From Enterobacteria phage Kha5h: a stretch of DNA of 64,000 nt. Below the pieces are notes generated by a model. It was not told where the DNA came from. It was given only the letters and a program-made list of their open reading frames with translations, and did not search any database. Position numbers and translations under genes: made by a program. The stretch is from sequence record NC_054905.1; one strand, written 5' to 3'. Shown piece after piece: positions 11,343 through 22,338 of this stretch. How positions within the stretch are numbered: position 1 is the stretch's first letter; every line of letters starts with the position of its first letter.

Positions 11343-14300
11343 ATGGCTACTTTAAAACAAATACAATTTAAAAGAAGCAAAACCGCAGGTGCACGTCCTG
11401 CTGCTTCAGTATTAGCCGAAGGTGAATTGGCTATAAACTTAAAAGATAGAACAATTTTTACTAAAGATGATACAGGAAATATCATTGATCTAGGTATTGC
11501 TAAAGGCGGTCAAATTGATGGAAATGTAACTATTGATGGAACTTTACGCGTCAATGGACCAATAAACAACTTTGGAAATTTTTCTACAAGTGGTACTATT
11601 ACGGCAAGTAATATTGTTTCTGCTACAGTATTCAGATCAACATCCGGTTCATTTTATACAAGAGCAATAAATGATACTGCAAATGCCCATCTTTGGTTTG
11701 AAAATACGAATGGATCGGAGAGAGGGGTTTTATATTCAAAACCACAGTCTGAAAATGAAGGCGTAATTACAATGCGCGTTCGCCAAGGAACCGCAGCAGG
11801 GGCTCAAAATTCAGAATTTCATTTCATTTCTACTGATGGCGGTATCTTCCAGGCACGCAAATTAACTGCTTTAACTTCTATTAGTACACCAACTATTAGT
11901 GTTAATTTAATTAATCATGATTCTAAAGCCTTTGGACAATACGATTCACAATCATTAGTTCAGTATGTTTATCCTGGAACCGGTGAAACAAATGGTGTAA
12001 ACTATCTTCGTAAAGTTCGAGCTAAATCAGGTGGCACTATGTGGCATGAGCTTTGTACTGCTCAGACTGGCCAGGCTGATGAAATGTCTTGGTGGACAGG
12101 TAATACTCCATCATCTAAACAATATGGCATTCGTAATGACGGACGAATGGCAGGCCGTAATAGCCTTGCATTAGGTACATTCACTACAAATTTCCCGTCT
12201 AGTGATTATGGCAACGTCGGTGTAATGGGCGATAAATATCTTGTTCTCGGTGACACTGTAACTGGCTTGTCATACAAAAAAACTGGTGTATTTGATCTAG
12301 TTGGCGGTGGATATTCTGTTGCTTCTATTACTCCTGACAGTTTCCGTAGTACTCGTAAAGGTATATTTGGTCGTTCCGAGGACCAAGGCACCACATGGAT
12401 TATGCCTGGCACTAATGCCGCTTTCTTGTCTGTTCAAACGCAAGCTGATAATAACAATGCTGGAGACGGCCAGACGCATATTGGGTACAATGCTGGCGGT
12501 AAAATGAGTCATTATTTCCGCGGTAAAGGCAAAACTAATATTAATACTCAGGAAGGTGTAGACGTTAACCCAGGTATATTGAAGTTAATCACCGGCGGTG
12601 AAAGTATTAGCTTTAATGCCGCAACTGGAAGTATTAATTCTACATTAGCTTTTCGTCTTAATAAAGGCATAATTATTGATGGACCTGATAATCAGGGATT
12701 CCAGTTTAACGCCCCGACCGCTGCAGATGGTACTAGAAGTATATATTGGAACAGTGGTACTCGCGCAGGTCAAAACAAAAGCCCTGTTACAGTTAAAGCA
12801 TGGGGAAATTCATTTAACGCATCTGGTGATCGTAATCGTGAAACAGTCTTTGAAGTATCAGATGGGCAAGGTTACCATTTTTATTCTCAACGCGTAGCTC
12901 CTGCACCTGGTTCGACTGTCGGGCCTATTCAACTCCGAGTTAATGGTGGTTTATTAACTTCAGGTAGTATTGTTACTTCTGGTTCTATTACAACCGAATC
13001 AAGCTTAGTTGCAAATAATGGATTATCTGTAAACGGACAAGCTAAATTTGGTGGAACAGCAAATGCATTAAGAATTTGGAACGCCGAATATGGCGCTATT
13101 TTCCGTCGTTCTGAAAGTAACTTTTACATTATTCCAACCAATCAAAATGAAGGCGAAAGTGGAGACATTCACAGCTCTTTAAGACCTGTGAGAATAGGAT
13201 TAAGCGATGGCATGGTTGGGTTAGGAAGAGATTCTTTTATAGTAGATCAAAATAATGCTTTAACTACGATAAACAGTAACTCTCGCATTAATGCCAACTT
13301 TAGAATGCAATTAGGGCAGTCGACATATATTGATGCAGAATGCACTGATGCCGTTAGACCTGCAGGGGCTGGTTCATTTGCCTCGCAAAATAATGAAAAC
13401 GTCCGTGCTCCGTTCTATATGAATATTAATCGCACAGATACAAGTACTTACGTTCCAATTGTTAAACAGAGATACGTACAAAATAATAGTTGCTATTCTA
13501 TTGGTACTTTAATTAATGGCGGTAATTTTAGAGTTCATTATCATGAAGGTGGTGATGGCGGTTCTACTGGCGCGATTATAAAGGATTTAGGTTGGGAATT
13601 TAATAAAAACGGTGATTTTTACTCTCCTGGTAAATTAGGTGCTGGAAATATTCGTATCGGAACAGACGGTAATATTACAGGTGGTTCTGGTAATTTTGCT
13701 AACTTGAATACCACATTAAACCGTAAGGTCAATTCCGGATTTGTAACATACGGTGCAACTGCTGGATGGTATAAATTCGCTACAGTAACGATGCCACAAT
13801 CTACTTCTACTGTTTCATTTACTATAACTGGTGGTAAAGGATTTAATACTGGACTGTTTACACAGTGTGCTATAACAGAAATTGTTCTTCGTACTGGTAA
13901 TGACCGCCCAGCAGGTTTAAACGCCGTGATGTATACCAGAACAGCTGCAGGTCTTACTGATATTGCTGTAGTTAATACCTCAGGAAATACATATGATATC
14001 TATGTTGAATCGGGTACTTATGCCAACCAATTAGCTTATACTTGGCATACAGTTGATAATGCTACCGTAGAAGTTATCGGCGCTTTTGGTCCTACTCAAG
14101 ACCCGGTAGATTCTTTGCCGGCTAATTATGTTAAAGGCCAAGTAGCTAACATGCTTAACAACCTGGTAGACACAGGTAAAGTAAAACGTTATGTAGCAGA
14201 ATCTGAAATTGCTATTAATAACCAAACGGGTCTTCGTATTACGAGTAATTCTGATAGATCAGGTTCTAATTCCGTTTTATTTCGAAATGACGGTGGAAGC

Positions 14301-15281
14301 TTCTATATTTTACTGACTGACAAAAACTCTTCAGACGGCGATAATAAAGCAACTGAAGGTGATTGGAATGGAAAACGACCGTTTTCAATCGATATGACTG
14401 CTGGTACTGTTCGTCTTGGCGAAAATACTTCTTTTGATAAAGATATTACTATTAATGGAAACATTAATTCACGAGTTAAAGCTGCCGGACAATGGAGTGT
14501 TAGCTTTTCTGCTATTTCAGATGTGACTCGCGACAATTCTGCATTCTTAGCGAATACGGGTGGCATTTCCAAGACAAGTCAAGCTTATTACCCGCTATTT
14601 TCTGGATACAGTTTTTTAACTGACGCGGGTTATCGACAATCGTTTGAATTTGGATGGTTAGGTGTTTCTGGTACTTGGCGCCAAGGCATTATTCGCATGC
14701 GTGGTGACAGCGCATCGGGGCAACAGGCTCGTTGGACTTTTGATATGGATGGAACATTTTATGCTCCTATACTATCATGCGGATCTGCGAGAGCATTCGG
14801 TGTCAATACATCAAATGGTCTCGGTGGAAATAGTATAACATTTGGTGATAGCGATACTGGTATTAAGCAAAATGGCGATGGATTATTAGACATATATGCG
14901 AACAGCGTACAAGTATTCCGTTTCCAAAACGGTGATTTGTACTCATACAAAAATATAAATGCTCCAAACGTTTATATTCGTTCTGATATTCGTTTAAAAT
15001 CCAACTTCAAACCTATCGAAAATGCGCTTGATAAAGTTGAAAAACTTAACGGTGTCATTTACGATAAAGCTGAATATATCGGTGGAGAGGCAATTGAAAC
15101 TGAAGCGGGTATTGTGGCTCAAACGTTACAAGACGTTTTACCAGAAGCTGTCCGTGAAACAGAAGACAGTAAGGGTAATAAAATACTCACTGTTTCTTCT
15201 CAAGCCCAGATTGCTCTTCTGGTTGAAGCTGTGAAAACACTTTCTGCTCGTGTAAAAGAACTTGAATCTAAACTTATGTAA
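11343..15281 (+). CDS. 37: long tail fibre distal subunit gp37, T2-type with C-terminal extension
   Basis: 1312 aa (T4 gp37 is ~1026 aa); conserved N-terminus [39 protein letters not shown]. Confidence 0.95.
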   Translation: MATLKQIQFKRSKTAGARPAASVLAEGELAINLKDRTIFTKDDTGNIIDLGIAKGGQIDGNVTIDGTLRVNGPINNFGNFSTSGTITASNIVSATVFRSTSGSFYTRAINDTANAHLWFENTNGSERGVLYSKPQSENEGVITMRVRQGTAAGAQNSEFHFISTDGGIFQARKLTALTSISTPTISVNLINHDSKAFGQYDSQSLVQYVYPGTGETNGVNYLRKVRAKSGGTMWHELCTAQTGQADEMSWWTGNTPSSKQYGIRNDGRMAGRNSLALGTFTTNFPSSDYGNVGVMGDKYLVLGDTVTGLSYKKTGVFDLVGGGYSVASITPDSFRSTRKGIFGRSEDQGTTWIMPGTNAAFLSVQTQADNNNAGDGQTHIGYNAGGKMSHYFRGKGKTNINTQEGVDVNPGILKLITGGESISFNAATGSINSTLAFRLNKGIIIDGPDNQGFQFNAPTAADGTRSIYWNSGTRAGQNKSPVTVKAWGNSFNASGDRNRETVFEVSDGQGYHFYSQRVAPAPGSTVGPIQLRVNGGLLTSGSIVTSGSITTESSLVANNGLSVNGQAKFGGTANALRIWNAEYGAIFRRSESNFYIIPTNQNEGESGDIHSSLRPVRIGLSDGMVGLGRDSFIVDQNNALTTINSNSRINANFRMQLGQSTYIDAECTDAVRPAGAGSFASQNNENVRAPFYMNINRTDTSTYVPIVKQRYVQNNSCYSIGTLINGGNFRVHYHEGGDGGSTGAIIKDLGWEFNKNGDFYSPGKLGAGNIRIGTDGNITGGSGNFANLNTTLNRKVNSGFVTYGATAGWYKFATVTMPQSTSTVSFTITGGKGFNTGLFTQCAITEIVLRTGNDRPAGLNAVMYTRTAAGLTDIAVVNTSGNTYDIYVESGTYANQLAYTWHTVDNATVEVIGAFGPTQDPVDSLPANYVKGQVANMLNNLVDTGKVKRYVAESEIAINNQTGLRITSNSDRSGSNSVLFRNDGGSFYILLTDKNSSDGDNKATEGDWNGKRPFSIDMTAGTVRLGENTSFDKDITINGNINSRVKAAGQWSVSFSAISDVTRDNSAFLANTGGISKTSQAYYPLFSGYSFLTDAGYRQSFEFGWLGVSGTWRQGIIRMRGDSASGQQARWTFDMDGTFYAPILSCGSARAFGVNTSNGLGGNSITFGDSDTGIKQNGDGLLDIYANSVQVFRFQNGDLYSYKNINAPNVYIRSDIRLKSNFKPIENALDKVEKLNGVIYDKAEYIGGEAIETEAGIVAQTLQDVLPEAVRETEDSKGNKILTVSSQAQIALLVEAVKTLSARVKELESKLM
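14982..15281 (+). other. C-terminal intramolecular chaperone-like domain of gp37 (peptidase S74-like, predicted auto-cleaved)
   Basis: last ~100 aa begin [30 protein letters not shown], resembling the Ser-Lys motif of endosialidase / T5 pb1 chaperone domains. Confidence 0.6.
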
Positions 15282-15282
15282 A

Positions 15283-15300
15283 AGAGGGCTTCGGCCCTCT
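15283..15300 (+). promoter_or_regulatory. intercistronic stable hairpin between genes 37 and 38
   Basis: agagggc ttcg gccctct. Confidence 0.4.
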
Positions 15301-15311
15301 AAGGATTTTTA

Positions 15312-16103
15312 ATGGCAATTGTAGGTGTTCCTGGCTGGATTGGTGAATCTGCCGTGAATGAAACTGGACAACGCTGGATGGATGCTGCAATGAAAGCAGT
15401 TCGCGTTTCAGTTCCTGGCTGGATGAGTTCAATGGCTGGACAATCTAAAGAAGTATATTATAGTGTTGGTGCTAGTAATTCTTATAATAAAGACACACTA
15501 ATAAATTGGATAAAAGCTCAAGGCAGTACTCCTGTTGTTATTACTATTACAGGAAATATTGTTTCTCAATCTACTGGTGTTCCATGCTTAGATTTTCCTA
15601 GCTCATTAACTAATGCGTATGTTACCTTAAATATTAATAGCGGGGTTCATGTATTAGGTCGGGGAGGAAATGGCGGAAGTAACTCTGCTGGTAGAGCAGG
15701 AGGAACTGCAATAAATAACGGAATTGGAACTCGTTTAAGAATAAACAATAACGGTATTATTGGTGGCGGTGGCGGTGGCGGCGCTGGTGCTAGATACCAT
15801 CCTTTCCCTCAAATGGATATGATATTTGGTGGCGGCGGAGGTCGTCCATTTGGCGCTGCTGGCGCAGCAGGAGGTGGCGCAGCGGCAGCATCTGCTGGTA
15901 CAATTTCTGCTCCTGGTAAAGGTACTGTTTCTGGGGTTCACTATGGAGGAAATGGTGGAGATTTGGGAGCTGCTGGCAAATCTTCATATATTCAAGGTGG
16001 TACTGGAGGAACTGTTCACTCGGGTGGTGCTGCGGGTAAAGCTGTTACTGGTAATGCTCCAACTTGGACTAAAGTTGGTACAATATACGGTTCAAGAGTA
16101 TAA
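15312..16103 (+). CDS. 38: receptor-recognising adhesin gp38, T2/T6 type
   Basis: 263 aa; conserved MAIVGVPGWIGESAVNETGQRW and ...GNAPTWTKVGTIYGSRV ends; several glycine-rich motifs separating variable segments. Confidence 0.88.
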   Translation: MAIVGVPGWIGESAVNETGQRWMDAAMKAVRVSVPGWMSSMAGQSKEVYYSVGASNSYNKDTLINWIKAQGSTPVVITITGNIVSQSTGVPCLDFPSSLTNAYVTLNINSGVHVLGRGGNGGSNSAGRAGGTAINNGIGTRLRINNNGIIGGGGGGGAGARYHPFPQMDMIFGGGGGRPFGAAGAAGGGAAAASAGTISAPGKGTVSGVHYGGNGGDLGAAGKSSYIQGGTGGTVHSGGAAGKAVTGNAPTWTKVGTIYGSRV

Positions 16104-16135
16104 TTTTTGAATAAATATCCTTAAAAGGAGGGTCT

Positions 16136-16792
16136 ATGGCAGCACCTAGAATATCATTTTCGCCCTCTGATATTCTGTTTGGTGTTCTAGATCGCTTGTT
16201 CAAAGATAACGCTACCGGGAAGGTTCTTGCTTCCCGGGTAGCTGTCGTAATTCTTTTGTTTATAATGGCGATTGTTTGGTATAGGGGAGATAGTTTCTTT
16301 GAGTACTATAAGCAATCAAAGTATGAAACATACAGTGAAATTATTGAAAAGGAAAGAAATGCACGCTTTGAATCTGTCGCCCTGGAACAACTCCAGATAG
16401 TTCATATATCATCTGAGGCAGACTTTAGTGCGGTGTATTCTTTCCGCCCTAAAAACTTAAACTATTTTGTTGATATTATAGCATACGAAGGAAGATTACC
16501 TTCAACAATAACTGAAAAATCACTTGGAGGATATCCTGTTGATAAAACTATGGATGAATATACAGTTCATTTAAATGGACGTCATTATTATTCTGACTCA
16601 AAATTTGCTTTTTTACCAACTAAAAAGCCTACTCCCGAAATAAACTACATGTACAGTTGTCCATATTTTAATTTGGATAATATCTATGCTGGAACGATAA
16701 CCATGTACTGGTATAGAAATGATCATATAAGTAATGACCGCCTTGAATCAATATGTGCCCAGGCGGCCAGAATATTAGGAAGGGCTAAATAA
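16136..16792 (+). CDS. t: holin
   Basis: 218 aa, MAAPRISFSPSDILFGVLDRLFKDN..., matches T4 holin T. Confidence 0.96.
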   Translation: MAAPRISFSPSDILFGVLDRLFKDNATGKVLASRVAVVILLFIMAIVWYRGDSFFEYYKQSKYETYSEIIEKERNARFESVALEQLQIVHISSEADFSAVYSFRPKNLNYFVDIIAYEGRLPSTITEKSLGGYPVDKTMDEYTVHLNGRHYYSDSKFAFLPTKKPTPEINYMYSCPYFNLDNIYAGTITMYWYRNDHISNDRLESICAQAARILGRAK

Positions 16793-17065
16793 TTATTTGT
16801 TCGTATACATCTCTAGATATCGATATACACCCTCAAAACCCTCGTTGAATTCGTCGATGAGGGTTTTCTTATCTTCCTGAGTTAATTCAGAAACAATTTT
16901 ACGGAATGAATTCTGATTTAATTTTCTACCTTCATGCGTTACTCCAATCTCATTCAGAAATGCAATAAAATTAGCACGATTCTCAACAATATCTTCTCTG
17001 GAAAATTTAATCAAAATAGACGCAACAGTAATAATTTCACGAACTGTATCAATGTTTTTATTCAT
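16793..17065 (-). CDS. asiA: anti-sigma70 factor AsiA
   Basis: 90 aa, MNKNIDTVREIITVASILIKFSREDIVENRANF... Confidence 0.95.
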   Translation of the reverse strand: MNKNIDTVREIITVASILIKFSREDIVENRANFIAFLNEIGVTHEGRKLNQNSFRKIVSELTQEDKKTLIDEFNEGFEGVYRYLEMYTNK

Positions 17066-17077
17066 TAACTATACCAC

Positions 17078-17230
17078 TCAATTAGTTGACTTTATTATAA
17101 TATCATCAGACGCTTGATTTGTAAACTGGTCTGTGTTATTTTCTTCAAAAATTTTTTCTACGAATTCCTTGAACGACTCGCGTTCCTGAGCTACATTATG
17201 CTCAATTACCATTTCAAGATTATGACTCAT
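17078..17230 (-). CDS. possible small protein (50 aa)
   Basis: ATG overlaps the arn stop; no Shine-Dalgarno; acidic. Confidence 0.3.
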   Translation of the reverse strand: MSHNLEMVIEHNVAQERESFKEFVEKIFEENNTDQFTNQASDDIIIKSTN

Positions 17231-17505
17231 TCGAAATAATCTTCAATTTCATAATCATGGACATAAAACATTATAGTTTTTAATACATCATCGATACTTT
17301 TTCCTGGAGCTGGAATTACGTAAAAATATCCTGCTTTTGAGAGGTCTTTATAAGTTCCAATCAAGAAATCATTATTCTCGAGATGTAGTTCTTCAACTAA
17401 TTCATTAACAATTGAGTGGTATAAATTTGGTAGAAACTTATATAGCTTTTCTAGAATATCAATTTTGATTGTGTATTGAACCACGGACTGAGAATCAATA
17501 ATCAT
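17227..17505 (-). CDS. arn: anti-restriction protein Arn (McrBC inhibitor)
   Basis: 92 aa, MIIDSQSVVQYTIKIDILEKLYKFLPNLYHS... Confidence 0.85.
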   Translation of the reverse strand: MIIDSQSVVQYTIKIDILEKLYKFLPNLYHSIVNELVEELHLENNDFLIGTYKDLSKAGYFYVIPAPGKSIDDVLKTIMFYVHDYEIEDYFE

Positions 17506-17588
17506 AGACCTTCCCCTTATGTTTCTGTTTGCGATTAGATTCTTTAAACGCTTTCTTCTTATCCTTATGAACAGAAGCTTTATTAAAA

Positions 17589-17807
17589 TTATGTTTTGCG
17601 ACTAAATTGTTCATAGTGCTGAATTACCTCTCTCAAACATTTGCATGTGAATGAAAACTTTTTAGCTACACCACATTCAAATATATGTTCTCTTAAATCA
17701 CGTGTATCGGTATATCCCATCTCAACAATAAAATGCCGTATTAAATTTTTATCTTTATCATTGAGAGAATTAAAATAGTCAGATTTTGAATTAATTTCCC
17801 TGGCCAA
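17589..17807 (-). CDS. hypothetical protein (72 aa), arn-motA interval
   Basis: track ORF; Cys-containing. Confidence 0.5.
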   Translation of the reverse strand: MAREINSKSDYFNSLNDKDKNLIRHFIVEMGYTDTRDLREHIFECGVAKKFSFTCKCLREVIQHYEQFSRKT

Positions 17808-18087
17808 ATTGAATCACCTTCAGTTGACGTTTTAATTCTTTTATCATTTCTTCGTTCATCGCAATATAAAGATCGCGTAAAGCAGGTTTTAGCATTCCAT
17901 TTATTGGAGAACTAAATGGACATACATAATCTTTTCCTACGAGCTTTTTGGTGAATTCCATATTACAGAACTTAAATCCCGGTTCATTGGCATAAATTCC
18001 CCAATTAGTTGACATCATTTTATTGGCATATTCCAATGCCTGGATTTGATTCATAATTCCATCAATTTGAAACTTTTTAATATTCAT
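17791..18087 (-). CDS. hypothetical protein (98 aa)
   Basis: track ORF, overlapping start/stop with neighbours. Confidence 0.55.
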   Translation of the reverse strand: MNIKKFQIDGIMNQIQALEYANKMMSTNWGIYANEPGFKFCNMEFTKKLVGKDYVCPFSSPINGMLKPALRDLYIAMNEEMIKELKRQLKVIQFGQGN

Positions 18088-18548
18088 TAGTAAAGATCCT
18101 CAGAGTAAAGTTCTTTTTCACTACCACCGCGTTCAATACGTACTTGTCCGGCGTAAGTTGCAATAATCATTGCTTCTTCACGTGTCCAATAATTACTATA
18201 TTGGTCAATAAACCCTTGGTCATCATCACAAACTTGCTGAGTAACTAATTGAGGTTTAACTACATCTAAAACTTCTGCCATATCTTTAGAATAATGACGA
18301 GCACCTGGAATAATAAGAGTTCGTCCATCTTTTAATTTAAAACGGTTGGCTGCGCAAACAATTCGTCGTTGATATTTTTGATTTTCGTCCCAATATGCAG
18401 ACTGCCAACAGATTTCAGGAACTTCTTTCAGAATATCTTCTTCTGTGCATTTATAACCATGCGCTTTAAATTTTTCAACAAGACTTTCTGGAGTCTCACG
18501 AGATAAAGGAACATTCAACATTTTTAAACGATTAATAAATGGGTTCAT
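18087..18548 (-). CDS. hypothetical protein (153 aa)
   Basis: track ORF. Confidence 0.55.
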   Translation of the reverse strand: MNPFINRLKMLNVPLSRETPESLVEKFKAHGYKCTEEDILKEVPEICWQSAYWDENQKYQRRIVCAANRFKLKDGRTLIIPGARHYSKDMAEVLDVVKPQLVTQQVCDDDQGFIDQYSNYWTREEAMIIATYAGQVRIERGGSEKELYSEDLY

Positions 18549-18874
18549 TTAAACCATCCTTTAATACGCTGCCACAAAGTTTTCTGTTGAGCTTTGTTAA
18601 CACCAATTGAGCGAATAACTGGTTGAGATTCCTGGAATTCTTTATAATCAGCAAGGTAAATTTCATAAGCCGCTTGAACAAAAGTACTGATCGCTGCCAT
18701 AAAGTTCTTGCGAATTCCCATAGAGGCTTCAGAACCGCCACGGATGATTAAATATTTACCAGTCTTAATCTTTACGATACTTCCAAGATAAGCTCCATGG
18801 TACCAGATATCCCAACCCTCTTGAGTAGGTTCTGCACAACGACGAAGTTCATTGATAATTTCTAACTTGTTCAT
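18545..18874 (-). CDS. hypothetical protein (109 aa)
   Basis: track ORF. Confidence 0.55.
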   Translation of the reverse strand: MNKLEIINELRRCAEPTQEGWDIWYHGAYLGSIVKIKTGKYLIIRGGSEASMGIRKNFMAAISTFVQAAYEIYLADYKEFQESQPVIRSIGVNKAQQKTLWQRIKGWFK

Positions 18875-18884
18875 TATTTATTCC

Positions 18885-19520
18885 TCACAGTTCAGATGCT
18901 ACAGTGATTACAGCTTCAATGTTTTCTGCTGAACGTTTAATGTCAAGATACACATTACCGTTTTTAGCGATTTTACATGACATTCCGATATCAGTAAATT
19001 TCTGAATATGATGTTCCATCATTTTGTATCCAAAAATTCGCATATTTCCATTATTGTTAATTTCAAAATTACGAATTCCGTGAGTGCGTTTTTCTAAAAT
19101 AGCGAGATAGTTACTGCGATAAGTTTCAACCTTTTTAAGAACAAATCCATTTTCATCTAAAAGTTTTAACATGAAGTCTTTATCTTCTTCCATATCAGAA
19201 GTAATCTCACGAGATTTACGAGTTGCTCGTTTTTTCAGCAGTTCCGGAGCATTTTCCTGTGCGTATAAAGTTGCTGCGTTTGAAATAATATCCTGAGCTT
19301 CACCAGTAATGATTAATCCATCACCAGATTTCTCTACCAGGCCCTTTTTAATCAATACACCAATATTACTATTAACTACTGCGTTACCTAAATCTGGATG
19401 CACCTCACGAACTTCTGCAGCTGTAATGAAATCTTTCTTAGCAATAGTAATTAAAATCGCAGCAGTTTTTTCATTCAGAACATCGTTAGAAGCTTTGATG
19501 ATGTAAGTTACTTTAGACAT
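18885..19520 (-). CDS. motA: middle-transcription activator MotA
   Basis: 211 aa, MSKVTYIIKASNDVLNEKTAAILITIAKKDFITAAEVREV... Confidence 0.95.
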   Translation of the reverse strand: MSKVTYIIKASNDVLNEKTAAILITIAKKDFITAAEVREVHPDLGNAVVNSNIGVLIKKGLVEKSGDGLIITGEAQDIISNAATLYAQENAPELLKKRATRKSREITSDMEEDKDFMLKLLDENGFVLKKVETYRSNYLAILEKRTHGIRNFEINNNGNMRIFGYKMMEHHIQKFTDIGMSCKIAKNGNVYLDIKRSAENIEAVITVASEL

Positions 19521-19561
19521 TTTCTAATCTCCGTAATTCTGTATCAGTAGTTGATAGTTGT

Positions 19562-19591
19562 ATAGTACCATAGAATGCTTTGGTTGTAAAC
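19562..19591 (-). promoter_or_regulatory. phage early promoter (GTTTAC, 18 nt, TACTAT) upstream of motA
   Basis: minus-strand GTTTAC 19586..19591, TACTAT 19562..19567. Confidence 0.55.
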
Positions 19592-19620
19592 CGTTTTGTG
19601 AAAAAATTTTAAAATAAAAA

Positions 19621-19640
19621 GGGAGAGCCGAGGCTCTCCC
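19621..19640 (-). terminator. rho-independent terminator
   Basis: gggagagcc tcgg ctctccc followed on the minus strand by tttttatttt. Confidence 0.65.
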
Positions 19641-19645
19641 TAAAA

Positions 19646-19795
19646 TTACTGCATGACTGTGATAACTGTCATGATAACACGTTGAATTCCGAACGCAAGA
19701 AGACCTCCTGCTACGGCTGGAACAACGCCTAAACCCGCCAGTAAAATGCTACCAGATACTAATGCAGCACTTGTAATACCAATGAATGGACTCAT
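19646..19795 (-). CDS. small hydrophobic membrane protein (49 aa)
   Basis: MSPFIGITSAALVSGSILLAGLGVVPAVAGGLLAFGIQRVIMTVITVMQ; ATGA overlap with gene 52 stop. Confidence 0.5.
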   Translation of the reverse strand: MSPFIGITSAALVSGSILLAGLGVVPAVAGGLLAFGIQRVIMTVITVMQ

Positions 19796-21120
19796 TTGAT
19801 TTCCTCTAAATCTTTAGTGTATTCAGTAACTACATCAGTAGTTTTCCAATATTCGTTTTCTTCTTTTTTGGCTTTAGCTTCTTCGGCAAGTTTCTTCGCT
19901 TCATCGGAAGTCATATGAAAAATATTCATTCCAACTAGTTTATCAACATAAGAAGAATACATATCGATTTTAGAAAGTTCTTCGGTCAGTTCTTTACGAG
20001 TTTTACCCTGCACAACAATTTCACCTGAAATTACTTTCTTAATGAAATGTGCCTTGGCAAAAGCTAAACGAAAAGCTGACTCAGTTTCTTTAATTTTATT
20101 ATCAATTCGTTTTTGGACATAAGTTTTACGAACTTCAACAAAGTCTTTAATTAAATCGACTACGTTATCGTAAACTTGTAGTTTTCCTTTCTCATTAATA
20201 ACCGTAATATTCTGGGAACGACGCTCAATCAACCCGAAGTCTTTCATAATTTTTGCATGGCGTTCTTCTTCGTTATCGCTCAAAGAATATTCTTTACGGA
20301 ATTTAACTTTGAATCCAAACCCGTGCTCACCGCAAGCATCATCCCATGTAATGAAGCCTTTATCTTCAAGTGGGTCTAAGATTTTACTCACATAAGTTTC
20401 ACGATCATACTTATACGGAATCTCAGTGATATGCATTTGAGTTCGTGAAGTAAACTTATATGTTCCACGAATTTCATATTGCCCATCAATTTCAACGACT
20501 TCACCACGAAATTCTGGGAATTCTACCTTCGGTTTAGTTACTTTCTTTCCTTGAAGAGCTTGCAGTACAGCTTTCTTAACAGAAGAAACACTATGAGGAA
20601 GAATGTAAGTTGCATAACCAGTTGCAATACCGGAAACGCCATTAAGAAGAACAGTAGGAATAATAGGCAAATAGAAAGCAGGCGGAATGTGTTCTTTATC
20701 TTGATGTACCGGAGCATATTCAGTATCTTTATATACGTTATAGAAATTTTTACTTACACGAGCAAAAATATAACGACTTGCCGCTGCCTTTTGGACAGTA
20801 CGAGAACCAAAGTTTCCTTGACCATCTAACAGAGGAAAGTTATTATTCCAAGTATTAGCCATCAAAGCACCTGCATCTTGTGCAGAGTTTTCGCCATGGT
20901 GATATCCAAGGTCCGCTACACCGCCTGCAATAGAAGCGAGTTTGTGAAACTTATCTTTATTTCCTCGTGCCAAATCAAGAGCTCGAGCAATAACAAATCG
21001 TTGAACTGGCTTAAATCCGTCAATCATATTTGGGATAGCACGATTTTCAACCGTGTACATAGCATAAGCCAGTGCTTCATTATCAATGATACTTTTTAAA
21101 TCGCGATTATTCAGTTGCAT
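19792..21120 (-). CDS. 52: DNA topoisomerase II medium subunit gp52
   Basis: 442 aa, type IIA topoisomerase A-subunit-like. Confidence 0.93.
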   Translation of the reverse strand: MQLNNRDLKSIIDNEALAYAMYTVENRAIPNMIDGFKPVQRFVIARALDLARGNKDKFHKLASIAGGVADLGYHHGENSAQDAGALMANTWNNNFPLLDGQGNFGSRTVQKAAASRYIFARVSKNFYNVYKDTEYAPVHQDKEHIPPAFYLPIIPTVLLNGVSGIATGYATYILPHSVSSVKKAVLQALQGKKVTKPKVEFPEFRGEVVEIDGQYEIRGTYKFTSRTQMHITEIPYKYDRETYVSKILDPLEDKGFITWDDACGEHGFGFKVKFRKEYSLSDNEEERHAKIMKDFGLIERRSQNITVINEKGKLQVYDNVVDLIKDFVEVRKTYVQKRIDNKIKETESAFRLAFAKAHFIKKVISGEIVVQGKTRKELTEELSKIDMYSSYVDKLVGMNIFHMTSDEAKKLAEEAKAKKEENEYWKTTDVVTEYTKDLEEIK

Positions 21121-21124
21121 AAAT

Positions 21125-21265
21125 TTACCATACTAGTGAATGTAGTGCCATAATAACATCAGAAATGAAAAGCACGACTTGAATTAATCCGAACATTACT
21201 CCATAATATAGTGCTACTAATAAAGTAGCAAGGGCTAATGAATAGCCCAAGATTTTCTTAATCAT
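21125..21265 (-). CDS. small hydrophobic membrane protein (46 aa)
   Basis: MIKKILGYSLALATLLVALYYGVMFGLIQVVLFISDVIMALHSLVW; start overlaps the ac stop. Confidence 0.45.
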   Translation of the reverse strand: MIKKILGYSLALATLLVALYYGVMFGLIQVVLFISDVIMALHSLVW

Positions 21266-21416
21266 TAGTAGATAACAACACAAGTGTTAAATATGCACAC
21301 ATACCCTGGGCTAAAGCTTGTGAAAACACACTGCTAGCATCAATACAGATAGTTAAAACACATGCTACTATCCAACAAATAAATGAAATAACTCCTAATA
21401 ATTTTGCGATATTCAT
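21258..21416 (-). CDS. ac: small membrane protein, probable acridine-sensitivity protein Ac (52 aa)
   Basis: hydrophobic 52-aa ORF at the T4 ac position between 52 and stp. Confidence 0.5.
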   Translation of the reverse strand: MNIAKLLGVISFICWIVACVLTICIDASSVFSQALAQGMCAYLTLVLLSTND

Positions 21417-21423
21417 ATTTTCC

Positions 21424-21504
21424 TCACTGGCGTCCGAAGACGCCTTTAGTTTTAAGATTGTTACGATAAAACTGCATCACATGTTCGTTGTGGAAATTAC
21501 TCAT
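21424..21504 (-). CDS. stp: Stp peptide (26 aa)
   Basis: translation [26 protein letters not shown] matches T4 Stp as remembered. Confidence 0.85.
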
Positions 21505-21947
21505 TAATATGCCTGCAAAACGAATTTAAAGTTATCAGCCAACATACGGTTCATTTCTTCAAGTGTTTGATACTCAGAATGATGATTACGAGTAAACGCC
21601 AAAGCTAACTGACCTTTACCAAATCCTGTCGTCAGAGGTTTCATCTTAGAAGCAGGCAGATAAAATACTGTGTATGGAACATTGTTATTTGCAATAGTAC
21701 GCGCAAGTTGAGACCGGCGTTGACGAATATGACTTAGAACTGCGCTGAATCCTTGCTTAGAACGCTGATTACCCACATAAAATCGTGCGGATACGCATGA
21801 ACCATCGAATTCATTTACTAAAAAGTAAAATCCAGGTTTAGATAAAATATCTTTATGCGGAGTTCCCAAAAACCACTCACCGCCCTTGATTGTACCAATA
21901 ACAGTAGCGCCTGCGTTGTTCAGATCAGTAACAGCCATATATTTCAT
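21504..21947 (-). CDS. ndd: nucleoid disruption protein Ndd
   Basis: [42 protein letters not shown]...; track ORF extended upstream. Confidence 0.85.
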
Positions 21948-22007
21948 TTTAATTTCCTCTAAATTATTTTCTACTCCAAGGCCGCATGAATACATACGGC
22001 CGATAAA

Positions 22008-22223
22008 TTAATCGTCGCAGTCGACGCTCAATTCCCAAAACTCTTCTACAGTATAAGTTTCAGTATCATTTTCAATACAGAAACGTTCATTACTATTATT
22101 TGCTAAAGTAGCATTAGCTGTCGGTTTCTCGCTAGTGCTCTTAAGAGGTGAAATACGAATTAACTGATCACCATTATCTAAACAGAAAATTTCACCAACT
22201 TTTACATCTTTAAAACTTTTCAT
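22008..22223 (-). CDS. hypothetical protein (71 aa)
   Basis: track ORF. Confidence 0.5.
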   Translation of the reverse strand: MKSFKDVKVGEIFCLDNGDQLIRISPLKSTSEKPTANATLANNSNERFCIENDTETYTVEEFWELSVDCDD

Positions 22224-22338
22224 AATTCACCTCAAGGAGTATAAAATCCAAATGCAGTTGTTGACCATCCCATCCAATATGGGAAATTTGCACCAATGTA
22301 AAACATGAGAATATAAAACCAACCACTCAGCAAATTCA

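Noticed and set aside
12206-12512. Short ORFs on both strands inside gene 37
   Set aside because: Embedded in the continuous 1312-codon gp37 frame; no independent signals.
15735-16110. Overlapping ORFs in both orientations inside gene 38 (15735..15941, 15790..15987, 15826..16110)
   Set aside because: Artefacts of the GC-rich glycine-codon repeats in the gp38 glycine-rich motifs; the gp38 frame has conserved termini.
16104-16135. Late promoter for holin gene t in the 38-t spacer (ATAAATAT)
   Set aside because: Does not match TATAAATA exactly and is very close to the start codon; t is probably transcribed from upstream late promoters.
17495-17614. 39-aa lysine-rich ORF overlapping the arn start and the 72-aa ORF at 17589..17807
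   Set aside because: Overlaps two better-supported frames and has no Shine-Dalgarno; kept only as a remote possibility.
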